From: Actinomycetota bacterium
GTDB lineage: Bacteria > Actinomycetota > UBA4738 > CALAEC01
Assembly (NCBI GenBank): GCA_035642095.1
Contig: DASQTB010000048.1
Coordinates: 2,496-66,495 of the forward strand
Reading direction: 5' to 3'
DNA length: 64,000 nt
The position numbers and the translations under genes are program-made. Below, piece after piece: positions 54,649-64,000 of this stretch. Every line of letters starts with the position of its first letter. The first letter of the stretch is position 1. The notes beneath the pieces are model-generated. The model saw only the letters and a list, made by a program, of their open reading frames with translations, was not told the DNA's origin and did no database searches.

Positions 54649-55401
54649 TCAGCCGACCCGGACCGTCCCTCGCATCGAGGGGTGGATGGCGCAGAAGTAC
54701 GCCACGGAGCCGGGCCGCTCGAACGTGGTCGCGAACGTTCCGTCTGGCTCGATCGGTCCCGAGTCGAACTCCCCGTCCTCGGCGGTGACGGTGTGGCCCT
54801 CGGGGTCGCCGTTGGTCCAGGTGACCTCGGTCCCCGGGGGGACCTCGAGGGTCGTCGGCTGGAAGGCGAACCCCTGGACGGCCACGGCGGCCCCGCCGGG
54901 GGCCGCGGGTTCCCGACGGACCCTCGGCGCGTCCGGTCGGACCTCCAGCAGGGCCTCCATGCCTAGGTCGTCGTGGTTCGCCACGAAGCACTCGACCTTG
55001 TACACGCCGAGGCCGAGATCGAGGTCGACTCGGATGGTCTCGCCCGGATCGAACGTCGGCTCCTCGATCTTGAACCCGTCGTCCCCGCCGCTCCCGGGGC
55101 CGCTGCTGTCCCCGTCGGACTCGAGCTCCATCTCGAAGCCGTGGACCAGCTTCCCGCCGTTCCGCACAACGAACGTGACCGGTCCCGGCCGGATGGCCGG
55201 CGCCTCCAGGGTCACCGCGTACTCACCGAACCCGACCTCGAAGCCGCCCCGGCGCGGATCGACCCGCCGAGGGCCTGAGGCGGATCCCGTCCCAGACTCG
55301 GCCGAGGTTCCGCCGCCGACCTCGACGGGACTCGCGGTCGGCTCCGAGCGACCGCAGGCCGCCGTGACGAGCGCCATCGCGGCCAGCGCCATACCGGCCA
55401 T
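54649..55401 (-). CDS. lipoprotein with two tandem cupredoxin (type-1 copper) domains
   Basis: Lipobox LVTAAC with a Gly/Ser-rich linker. Domain 1 has H...C-x4-H-x4-M (VECFVANHDDLGM). Domain 2 has EGHTV...YFCAIHPSM. Confidence 0.7.
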   Translation of the reverse strand: MAGMALAAMALVTAACGRSEPTASPVEVGGGTSAESGTGSASGPRRVDPRRGGFEVGFGEYAVTLEAPAIRPGPVTFVVRNGGKLVHGFEMELESDGDSSGPGSGGDDGFKIEEPTFDPGETIRVDLDLGLGVYKVECFVANHDDLGMEALLEVRPDAPRVRREPAAPGGAAVAVQGFAFQPTTLEVPPGTEVTWTNGDPEGHTVTAEDGEFDSGPIEPDGTFATTFERPGSVAYFCAIHPSMRGTVRVG

Positions 55402-55412
55402 CCGGCGTCCCG

Positions 55413-55760
55413 TCACTGGACGGTGACCGTCCCTTCCATGCCGCCGGCCCGGTGGTATTCGCAGAACATCGTGTACTCGCCGGGGTCGGCGTCCACGGTG
55501 ATCGAGGTGCTGTCGCCCGGATCGACGTCCTCGTCGACGTCGGTGCCCTCGATGGTGATGTTGTGCTCGGCCTGGCCATCGTTCGACACGTCCACCGTGT
55601 CTCCGGCGCTCACGGTCAGATCGACGGGCTGGAAGGCGTTGTCGACCATGCTCAGCCCCGTTCCTTCGCCACCGCCGTCTCCTCCTCCCTCGTCGCCGCC
55701 GCACGCGGCCAGGGTGAGCGCCGCAATCACGGCCAGGATGACCCTCACCACATTCCTCAT
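55413..55760 (-). CDS. cupredoxin (type-1 blue copper) lipoprotein
   Basis: Lipobox LAAC with a Gly-rich linker. Cu ligands EHNIT...FCEYHRAGGM. Its stop is 12 nt upstream of the 54649..55401 start, consistent with an operon. Confidence 0.7.
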   Translation of the reverse strand: MRNVVRVILAVIAALTLAACGGDEGGGDGGGEGTGLSMVDNAFQPVDLTVSAGDTVDVSNDGQAEHNITIEGTDVDEDVDPGDSTSITVDADPGEYTMFCEYHRAGGMEGTVTVQ

Positions 55761-55835
55761 GTCGACCTCCTCCGCTGTCCTCCCGATGGTGGGCCCCTGA
55801 GGTCAGGCCTTCATGAAGCTCGCATGAGGGTTCGT

Positions 55836-56121
55836 TCACCCGAGCGGGAAGGTTCGAGGATCCGTTCTATTCCCTGTCGGCCCAGGGGCCCATGCCTCCG
55901 TGGGGTTCAGGTTCCGCGTCTGGATCACCACGGCCACCCGAGGGTCCCGTCGCATGTTGGCCAGCTTCCGCTGCTCCGGGAGGGTTCCGATGACGATCTC
56001 GTCTCCCTCCAGCCCCACCCAAGCCACGGTGACGTGCGGGCTGCCGGTCCGCGTTCAGCGTTATCAGCGTGGCCACGTCGTCGCTCTCCAGCACCTGCCG
56101 AGCCGACGGCGGCAGCTCCAC
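55836..56121 (-). pseudogene. pyridoxamine 5'-phosphate oxidase / F420H2-dependent reductase family gene, frameshifted
   Basis: The N-terminal segment LPPSARQVLESDDVATLITLNAD is in one frame. The continuation HVAWVGLEGDEIVIGTLPEQRKLANMRRDPRVAVV is in another. Consistent with a +1 insertion (or -2) near 56025-56035. Confidence 0.5.
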
Positions 56122-56133
56122 GTCGCCGGTAGC

Positions 56134-56616
56134 CTATCGTCGGCCGGTCCTTCGGGGTCTCCCTCGGAGCCCCTCGCCGTGCGCCGCCATCCACTCATCG
56201 TGCGGGGGGACGTCCTCGCCCACCACGTACAGGAAGTAGTACGCCCCAACGTCGCCCAGGAACTTGAATCGCTTCCGCAGATCGGCCACGGTATGGTCGA
56301 ACCCGGGGTGGGAGCGGAGGTACCGGCGGAATCCGCCGTGCTCTCGGTCCAGGTCGAGCATCGTTCGGGCGTTGTGGACGGTGGCCTCGATCTTCCGCCG
56401 GTTCCGGACGATCCGCGTGTCGGCGGCCAGCCGATCGACGTCCGGCGGGTCGATGCCGGCCACGATGTGGGGATCGAAACCGTCGAATGCCTCTCGGAAC
56501 TCGTCCCATTTCGCCTCGATCACCCTCCAGCTGATCCCGGATTGAAACACCGCCCTGGTCATGACCTCCAGGTAGTCGGCCAGCCCCGCAGGCCGGATCC
56601 GCTTCGGTGCCTCCAA
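56134..56616 (-). CDS. tag: DNA-3-methyladenine glycosylase I
   Basis: Signature [23 protein letters not shown]...[11 protein letters not shown]. Confidence 0.75.
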   Translation of the reverse strand: MEAPKRIRPAGLADYLEVMTRAVFQSGISWRVIEAKWDEFREAFDGFDPHIVAGIDPPDVDRLAADTRIVRNRRKIEATVHNARTMLDLDREHGGFRRYLRSHPGFDHTVADLRKRFKFLGDVGAYYFLYVVGEDVPPHDEWMAAHGEGLRGRPRRTGRR

Positions 56617-56770
56617 CGCTCCTCCTCTCGCCGCCCTCCATCATGACGAACGGCCCCGGCGGAGATCGACACGGGAGCGCCGTGAGACCGATGCCTGTTC
56701 CCCGGGACCTGACCCCCCGTGTCCCCACCGGAACGCGGTCATCCGGCGTCCGAGCGGTCACAATGGAGAG

Positions 56771-58168
<1,398 letters not shown>

Positions 58169-58292
58169 ACCCGGTCCTGGCTCGCTGCCGAGGGTGTGGC
58201 AGCCGGGCACCCTCGGCACCTCGGCTCCAAGGTTGTGCCCGGTTCGGCCCTGGGGGGAGAATCTTCGGATCGAGGGAAACGGAGGTGGCACC

Positions 58293-58709
58293 GTGCGGTT
58301 CCGGATCGTCGTGGGCCTGGTAGTGCTCGTCGCCGTGGTGCTGTCATCCAGCCCGTCGGTGGCTCACAAATCCTCTGGCGTCAAGGCCCAGCAGCGGGTG
58401 TTCGCCAAGCACCAGAACTTGGACCGGAGCGACGCCAGGGTCCAGCTCCTGGTGACGAACCGGCGGTTCCGACCAATCCGCCGGCTGGTGTGCGAGACCG
58501 AGATCTCCGACAAGTGGTTCCATCCCGTGACCGGCGAGGTTCGGACCTACACGGAGGACTGGTTCCTGACGATCCGCAACTTTCCGGAGCGGAGCCGGCT
58601 CCGGTCGCGGAAGGACACGATCTTCGTCGAGCACAGCGAGCTGACCACCGACCCGCAGTGGCAGCCGCAAGGGGTGACCGTCAGGACCCGGCACTGCCAC
58701 GTCCGGTAG
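58293..58709 (+). CDS. secreted hypothetical protein
   Basis: RBS GGAGGTGG then GTG. Signal peptide IVVGLVVLVAVVLSSSPSVA. No domain recognised. Confidence 0.5.
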   Translation: MRFRIVVGLVVLVAVVLSSSPSVAHKSSGVKAQQRVFAKHQNLDRSDARVQLLVTNRRFRPIRRLVCETEISDKWFHPVTGEVRTYTEDWFLTIRNFPERSRLRSRKDTIFVEHSELTTDPQWQPQGVTVRTRHCHVR

Positions 58710-58734
58710 CCGACGGCCGGTCTCCGAGAGGACC

Positions 58735-59667
58735 GTGAACGTCGAGATCCCTTTGCGGGGGGCCGGCGGGGAGCCGGTCGATCTCCTGCGGACGATCACC
58801 TCGCACGGGCTGGCTTCGCTGCCACCGATCGAACTCGACGAGGACGCGGCCACGCTCACTTCGACGTTGCCCGCCCCGGCCGGCCGGCCCCGGACGGTCC
58901 GTGTATCGCCGGGCTCGAAGGGCCACGCTCGGATCCAGGTGATGGGGAGACCGCCCGGTCGGAAGGCGGCGGAGGCCCTGGTCGATTCCGTTCGGCACGT
59001 GCTCCACATGGACGAGGACCTGTCCGAGTTCTACGCGCTGGCCCTGGCGGATCCAGACCTGGCCTGGGTGGCCGGGGGGGCGGGCCGAATGATCCGGAGC
59101 CCAACAGTACTCGAGGAGGTCGTCCGGATCGTGTGCACCACGAACTGCTCGTGGGCCCTGACCACCAGGATGATCACCGCCCTGGTCGAACGGCTCGGCG
59201 AGCCGGCGCCCGGCGCTCCGGCGGACGGGTGGCGCGGTCGCACCTTCCCCACCGCGGAGGCCATGGCCCGAGCGACCCCGACCTTCTACCGGGACGTGGT
59301 TCGGGCCGGCTACCGGGGTCCCTACCTCCGAGCCCTGGCCCGCTCGGTGGCCTCCGGTGCCCTGGACCTCGAGGTCCTGGCCGCCGCCTCGCCGGAGGAG
59401 CTGTCCGACGACGAGATGGAGATCCGGCTCCTGGCCCTCCCCGGGGTCGGCCCGTACGCCGCCGCGCACGTCATGCTGCTTCTGGGCCGGTACTCACGGC
59501 TGATCCTCGATTCCTGGACCCGTCCGAAATACGCCCGGCTGATCGGAAGGAAGAAACCGGTCTCCGATGCCACGATCCTCCGGCGGTTCCGGCCGTACGG
59601 ACGGTACGCCGGCCTGGCGTTTTGGTGCTTCGTGACCAGCGACTGGGTGGCGGACGGGGTGGCCTGA
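58735..59667 (+). CDS. HhH-GPD superfamily DNA glycosylase (AlkA / 3-methyladenine glycosylase II-like)
   Basis: HhH-GPD motif LLALPGVGPYAAAHVML with a downstream Asp. N-terminal AlkA-like domain. Confidence 0.7.
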   Translation: MNVEIPLRGAGGEPVDLLRTITSHGLASLPPIELDEDAATLTSTLPAPAGRPRTVRVSPGSKGHARIQVMGRPPGRKAAEALVDSVRHVLHMDEDLSEFYALALADPDLAWVAGGAGRMIRSPTVLEEVVRIVCTTNCSWALTTRMITALVERLGEPAPGAPADGWRGRTFPTAEAMARATPTFYRDVVRAGYRGPYLRALARSVASGALDLEVLAAASPEELSDDEMEIRLLALPGVGPYAAAHVMLLLGRYSRLILDSWTRPKYARLIGRKKPVSDATILRRFRPYGRYAGLAFWCFVTSDWVADGVA

Positions 59668-59721
59668 AGGCTTGGTTTGGCCACGCTCCGCGGCGGGAAC
59701 AACTCTGCGGAACGGAGGAGG

Positions 59722-59879
59722 TGCACCTGGTGACCGAGCCACACACCCACGGCACGGCCCCTCCGCCCGAGGATCGGGGGAGCGGCCTGACCGGGTACGC
59801 GATCGCCAAGTACGGGTTCATCCTGCTGATCGTGATCGTCGTGCTCTGGTTCGTGGCGAACTACTTCCTGGGCGAGTAG
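59722..59879 (+). CDS. small single-TM membrane protein (about 50 aa), hypothetical
   Basis: RBS GGAGGAGG then GTG. C-terminal hydrophobic helix KYGFILLIVIVVLWFVANYFLGE. Confidence 0.3.
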
Positions 59880-59882
59880 CGC

Positions 59883-60428
59883 TCAGGGCACGACCATCCC
59901 CACCGCCTCGGCGGCGGCCTGTACCGCGGGGTGGTCGGGGGTCAGCGTCTCGGGGTCTTCGACCACGGCCAGCTTCGGTGCGGCCCGGTCGGCGAACAGC
60001 GTCACGTTGATCCACGAGGCCTCCACCGTCGACCACCAGGCCAGGCCGTCGGCCCCTTCCTCGTAGATGCGGAGGGCGAGCGGCTGGGTGGTGTCGCGAT
60101 CCCGGGTGGCCACGGCGGAAGGGCGAACGGAGCGCTCCACGAGCTGGGCCGGCTCGTCGAGATCGACCAGGTCGCCCAGGGCGGCACTGTCGAAAGTGGC
60201 CAGGGCGACACGACCGCCTCCCGGACGCTCCAGGGGTCTGCCCCGGAGCAGGCGACCACGGAACCGGCGGATCGCTTCGGCCACCGCCGACTCCGGGGAC
60301 CGTGAGGTGTACAGGGCCGCGTAGGCGTGCGGGTTGTCGTGCCGCCCGCCGCCCTGGTAGGAACGGGACACCTCGAGGGGATCGGCGCCTTCCGGACGCC
60401 GGATGAACGCTCGGTACAGAAGGGTCAC
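59883..60428 (-). CDS. RES-domain toxin (MbcT/ParT-like)
   Basis: GTG overlaps the antitoxin stop (GTGA). RES-family pattern LLYRAF...GGRHDNP...ALYTSRSPESAVAE. It is the C-terminal 181 aa of artefactual minus ORF 59883..62888. Confidence 0.65.
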   Translation of the reverse strand: MTLLYRAFIRRPEGADPLEVSRSYQGGGRHDNPHAYAALYTSRSPESAVAEAIRRFRGRLLRGRPLERPGGGRVALATFDSAALGDLVDLDEPAQLVERSVRPSAVATRDRDTTQPLALRIYEEGADGLAWWSTVEASWINVTLFADRAAPKLAVVEDPETLTPDHPAVQAAAEAVGMVVP

Positions 60429-60757
60429 GCGTAGGAGCCGGCCTCTTCGGCATCGATGGCCGAGAGGACCTCGGTGATGCGCCCCCGGGCCACGAGGTCG
60501 ATCGGCCGGGAGTCCCTCAGGAAGGGGTTCATGCCCAGGAGCCAATCGACCGCGGTCTCCGGGTAGTAGACCTGGAGGAGCCGGGACAGCACGAACTCGA
60601 GCCCCTCCAGCTTGCGGCGGTTCTCGGGGTCCGGCTGCTCGGTGCGGAGCCACCGGCTGATCCGGGATCTGCTGACGCCCAGGGCCTCGGCCACCCGGGC
60701 CTGGCTTCCCAGATCGTGGGTGATCGCCTTCAGCTTCTCTCTGACCGGCACCGGCAC
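60425..60757 (-). CDS. Xre/MbcA/ParS-type antitoxin (HTH + DUF2384 toxin-binding domain)
   Basis: HTH ARVAEALGVSRSRISRW. C-terminal DUF2384 pattern (WLLGMNPFLRDSRPIDLV...). Confidence 0.7.
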   Translation of the reverse strand: MPVPVREKLKAITHDLGSQARVAEALGVSRSRISRWLRTEQPDPENRRKLEGLEFVLSRLLQVYYPETAVDWLLGMNPFLRDSRPIDLVARGRITEVLSAIDAEEAGSYA

Positions 60758-60881
60758 AGGCTCCCACCTCCCGCCGACAGGCTCCCAGTATACCGCAACG
60801 GATCCTGTTGCGGCGTCCGCTCGACCAGCCCGGTGGCGGGCGCCGCGCTACAGTAGGCCGAAGCGGACGAAAGGCAGGGAG

Positions 60882-63695
60882 ATGGCGTCGACCAAGACCA
60901 AGTACGTCTACGACTTCCGGGAGGGGAACCGGGACATGAAGGATCTCCTGGGAGGAAAGGGCGCCAACCTGGCCGAGATGACCAACCTGGGCCTCCCCGT
61001 CCCCCCCGGCTTCACCATCAGCACCGACGCCTGCAAGGAATATCTGACTTCGCGAGGCTTCCCGGACGGTCTGGTGGAGGAGGTGGACGGCCACCTCCGC
61101 GGCCTGGAGCAGGCCATGGGCCGGCGGTTGGGGGACCTCGACAACCCGCTCCTGGTCTCGGTTCGCTCCGGGGCGAAGTACTCGATGCCGGGGATGATGG
61201 ATACGGTCCTCAACCTGGGGCTGAACGACCGCTCTGTCCTGGGCCTGGCCCGCCAGGCTCGGAGTGACCGATTCGCGTTCGACTCGTACCGCCGGTTCAT
61301 CCAGATGTTCGGCAAGATCGTCATGGACATCCCGGCCGATGCCTTCGACGAGGAGCTCGAGCGAGCGAAGGAGAAGAAGGGGCCGGACGCCAAGGACACC
61401 GATCTCACCGCCGTCGACCTGATGGATCTGGTCGAGCGGTTCAAGACCATCGTTCGCCAGCACGCCGGCCGGCTGTTCCCCACCGACCCCAGGGAGCAGC
61501 TGCGGATGGCCATCGAGGCGGTGTTCGGGTCCTGGAACAATGACCGGGCCAAGGTGTACCGGAAGCAGTACGCCATCCCCGAAGATCTCGGCACCGCGGT
61601 GAACGTGGTGGCCATGGTGTTCGGCAACCTGGGCGACGACTCCGGCACCGGGGTGGCCTTCACCAGGGATCCGGCCACGGGCGAGAAGGGGATCTACGGC
61701 GACTACCTTCCCAATGCTCAGGGCGAGGATGTGGTGGCCGGTATCCGGAACACGCTGCCCCTGGCCGATCTGAAGCGGCTCAACCACCAGGCCTTCCGGG
61801 AGCTCCTGGAGATCATGAGGCGCCTGGAGCGGCACTACCGCGACATGTGCGACATCGAATTCACCATCGAAAAGGGCAAGCTGTGGATGCTCCAGACTCG
61901 GGTCGGCAAGCGCACCGGTGGGGCCGCCGTGCGGATGGCCGTCGACATGGCGGGGGAAGGCCTGATCAAGCGGGATGAGGCCGTGATGCGGGTGGAGCCC
62001 GATCACCTCGACCAGCTCCTCCACCCGCAGTTCGATCCCACGGCCGACGTTGAGGTCCTGGCCAAGGGGCTGAACGCCTCCCCCGGCGCTGCGGTCGGCC
62101 GGGCCGTGTTCGACGCGGACAGCGCCGCGGAGATGGGGGAGAACGGTCAGTCGGTGATCCTGGTCCGCCGGGAGACCAATCCGGACGATCTCCACGGGAT
62201 GATCGCCGCCCGGGGGATCCTGACCAGCCACGGGGGCAAGACGTCGCATGCTGCGGTGGTGGCCCGGGGCATGGGCAAGCCCGCGGTGTGCGGCGCCGAG
62301 GCGCTGAAGATCAACGCGGCCCGGCGCGAGTTCATGGTGGACGGCACCCGAGTCCGGGAAGGGGATCTGATCTCGATCGACGGGACCACGGGTCGGGTCG
62401 TCCTGGGCGAGGTCGACCTGGTGGAGCCGAAGCTGTCTGGCGACTTCGAGACCCTGCTGTCCTGGGCCGACAACGCTCGACAGCTGAAGGTCCGGGCCAA
62501 CGCCGACGACGGGCCGAGTGCGGCCCAGGCCCGGACGTTCGGCGCCGAGGGGATCGGGCTGTGCCGGACCGAGCACATGTTCGGCACGCCGGGCGATCCC
62601 CGCCTCCCGATCTTCCGTCAGGTGATCCTGTCCGCCCCCGCCGCCCGGGCGGCGCAACTCGCCATGGAGGAGGCGGAGCGAGCCGCCGGATCGGCGGGGC
62701 CCAGGGAGAAGAAGGCCGCCGAACGGCGGCTCCGGGAGGCAAAGGCCCGGCTCCGGTCTGCCGACATCAAGCCCTACTTCGACGGCCTGAAGAAGCTCCT
62801 GGCCGGCCAGCGCCGGGACTTCGAGGCGATCTTCAAGGCCATGGACACCCTGCCCGTGACGATCCGATTGCTGGACCCGCCGCTGCACGAGTTCCTGCCG
62901 TCGTCGAAAGACCTGGAGGTGGCCATGGCCACCTCACAGAAGAAGGCGTCGAAGGACCTGCTCAAGGAGTTCGGAGGGAAGCGGAAGGCCGAGGAGGTCC
63001 TCCGGGAGGTGTCGGCCCTCGAGGAGAACAATCCGATGCTCGGGCTCCGAGGATGCCGGTTGGGCATCCTGTACCCGGACATCTACCGGGCCCAGGTCCA
63101 GGCCATCGTCGAGGCGGCCTGCAACGTGAAGAAGCGGGGGGGCGACCCGATCGTCGAGATCATGGTGCCGTTGGTCTCGAACCGCGAGGAACTGGCCGCG
63201 GTGGCCAAGGACGTCCGGCAGGTGGCGGACCAGGTTCTGGAGAAGCGCGGGGTCGACCTTCCCTACCTCGTGGGGACGATGATCGAGTTGCCCCGGGCGG
63301 CCATGGTCGCCGACGAGATCGCCGAGGAAGCGGAGTTCTTCTCGTTCGGAACCAACGATCTCACCCAGACCACCTTCGGGTTCAGCCGGGACGACGTCGA
63401 AGGCAAGTTCATGGCCCGGTACCTCGAGGAAGGGATCCTGGTGGCGAACCCCTTCGAATCCCTGGACGAGCGAGGCGTGGGCGAGCTCGTCCAGACGGCG
63501 TGCGAGCGCGGCCGGAAGGCTCGGGAAGACATCAAGCTCGGTATCTGCGGCGAGCATGGAGGCGATCCGGAGTCGGTGGCCTTCTTCCATCGGGCCGGGC
63601 TCGACTACGTGTCCTGCTCGCCCTATCGGGTTCCGATCGCCCGGCTGGCCGCGGCCCATTCCGCCCTGGGCGAGCGGGACGAGACGTCCAAGTAG
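60882..63695 (+). CDS. ppdK: pyruvate, phosphate dikinase
   Basis: ATG with RBS AAGGCAGGGAG. N-terminal MKDLLGGKGANLAEM. Phospho-His domain GGKTSHAAVVARGMGKP. C-terminal PEP-utilising TIM barrel (GTNDLTQ). Confidence 0.92.
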   Translation: MASTKTKYVYDFREGNRDMKDLLGGKGANLAEMTNLGLPVPPGFTISTDACKEYLTSRGFPDGLVEEVDGHLRGLEQAMGRRLGDLDNPLLVSVRSGAKYSMPGMMDTVLNLGLNDRSVLGLARQARSDRFAFDSYRRFIQMFGKIVMDIPADAFDEELERAKEKKGPDAKDTDLTAVDLMDLVERFKTIVRQHAGRLFPTDPREQLRMAIEAVFGSWNNDRAKVYRKQYAIPEDLGTAVNVVAMVFGNLGDDSGTGVAFTRDPATGEKGIYGDYLPNAQGEDVVAGIRNTLPLADLKRLNHQAFRELLEIMRRLERHYRDMCDIEFTIEKGKLWMLQTRVGKRTGGAAVRMAVDMAGEGLIKRDEAVMRVEPDHLDQLLHPQFDPTADVEVLAKGLNASPGAAVGRAVFDADSAAEMGENGQSVILVRRETNPDDLHGMIAARGILTSHGGKTSHAAVVARGMGKPAVCGAEALKINAARREFMVDGTRVREGDLISIDGTTGRVVLGEVDLVEPKLSGDFETLLSWADNARQLKVRANADDGPSAAQARTFGAEGIGLCRTEHMFGTPGDPRLPIFRQVILSAPAARAAQLAMEEAERAAGSAGPREKKAAERRLREAKARLRSADIKPYFDGLKKLLAGQRRDFEAIFKAMDTLPVTIRLLDPPLHEFLPSSKDLEVAMATSQKKASKDLLKEFGGKRKAEEVLREVSALEENNPMLGLRGCRLGILYPDIYRAQVQAIVEAACNVKKRGGDPIVEIMVPLVSNREELAAVAKDVRQVADQVLEKRGVDLPYLVGTMIELPRAAMVADEIAEEAEFFSFGTNDLTQTTFGFSRDDVEGKFMARYLEEGILVANPFESLDERGVGELVQTACERGRKAREDIKLGICGEHGGDPESVAFFHRAGLDYVSCSPYRVPIARLAAAHSALGERDETSK

Positions 63696-63841
63696 TCGCG
63701 GTGGCCGCGACGTAGCCCTTCCCCGCGACCGATATCCCCCGTCCGGGGGATGCCTCGCCGGCCCGAGCCTCGTATCCTTTCGAACCGGACGTACCAGGCA
63801 CCCGGTCACCTCCTCCGCCGGGCCGACCGGAAGGAGGAGCG

Positions 63842-64000
63842 GATGACTGGACGGATGGGCACCACCCTCGCCCTGGCGGGGCTGGTGCTTGCGGCGAGCT
63901 TGGGGGTGGCCGTGGCGGAGGACGGTGGCACGGAGCCCGTCAGCGCCGCCGACTGCGACCTGGCCATCAAGGAGACCACGCGAGGATACGAGCGTGGCCG
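63842..64000 (+). CDS. secreted protein, 5' partial (runs off window end)
   Basis: RBS GGAAGGAGGAG. Signal peptide MTGRMGTTLALAGLVLAASLGVAVA. Confidence 0.4.

Noticed and set aside
60776-60800. Imperfect inverted repeat GCAACGGATCCTGTTGC upstream of ppdK
   Set aside because: Short and imperfect with no recognised regulator motif; it cannot be distinguished from chance in GC-rich DNA.
59883-62888. 1001-aa minus-strand ORF
   Set aside because: It is antisense to the well-supported ppdK gene and is a high-GC stop-codon-poor artefact. Only its last 181 aa (59883..60428, the RES toxin) are real.

Overview
This is high-GC (about 70%) actinobacterial-type chromosomal DNA, densely coding, with many 4-nt start/stop overlaps (ATGA/GTGA) indicating operons. 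The backbone is a conserved actinobacterial core synteny: leuS ... comEA-comEC-holA, rpsT (minus), lepA-hemW-hrcA-dnaJ-rsmE-HIT-phoH-ybeY-corC ... recO-uppS ... glyS ... fumC ... ppdK. It is interrupted by accessory blocks, and the most notable content is as follows. (1) A LacI-regulated carbohydrate locus (41.8-52.3 kb) carries an identical 12-nt palindromic operator at two promoters and an unusual enzyme set: single-NBD ABC transporter, Gfo/Idh/MocA dehydrogenase, DhnA-type class I aldolase, class I PMI-like cupin isomerase, FGGY kinase, DUF4432 epimerase-like protein and PfkB kinase. (2) A ferredoxin-class III adenylate cyclase fusion is translationally coupled to a large AAA+/TPR LuxR (LAL) regulator. 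(3) Two tandem pairs of type-1 copper (cupredoxin) lipoproteins carry five blue-copper domains in total. (4) A RES-Xre toxin-antitoxin pair is present. (5) Several multiply frameshifted genes (hemW x4, ycaQ-like x3, a PPOX-family gene, a small ORF) sit among otherwise intact genes, and hrcA is unusually short although its CIRCE operator is intact. No rRNA, tRNA, CRISPR array or transposase was recognised. Many long ORFs in the six-frame track are antisense high-GC artefacts.
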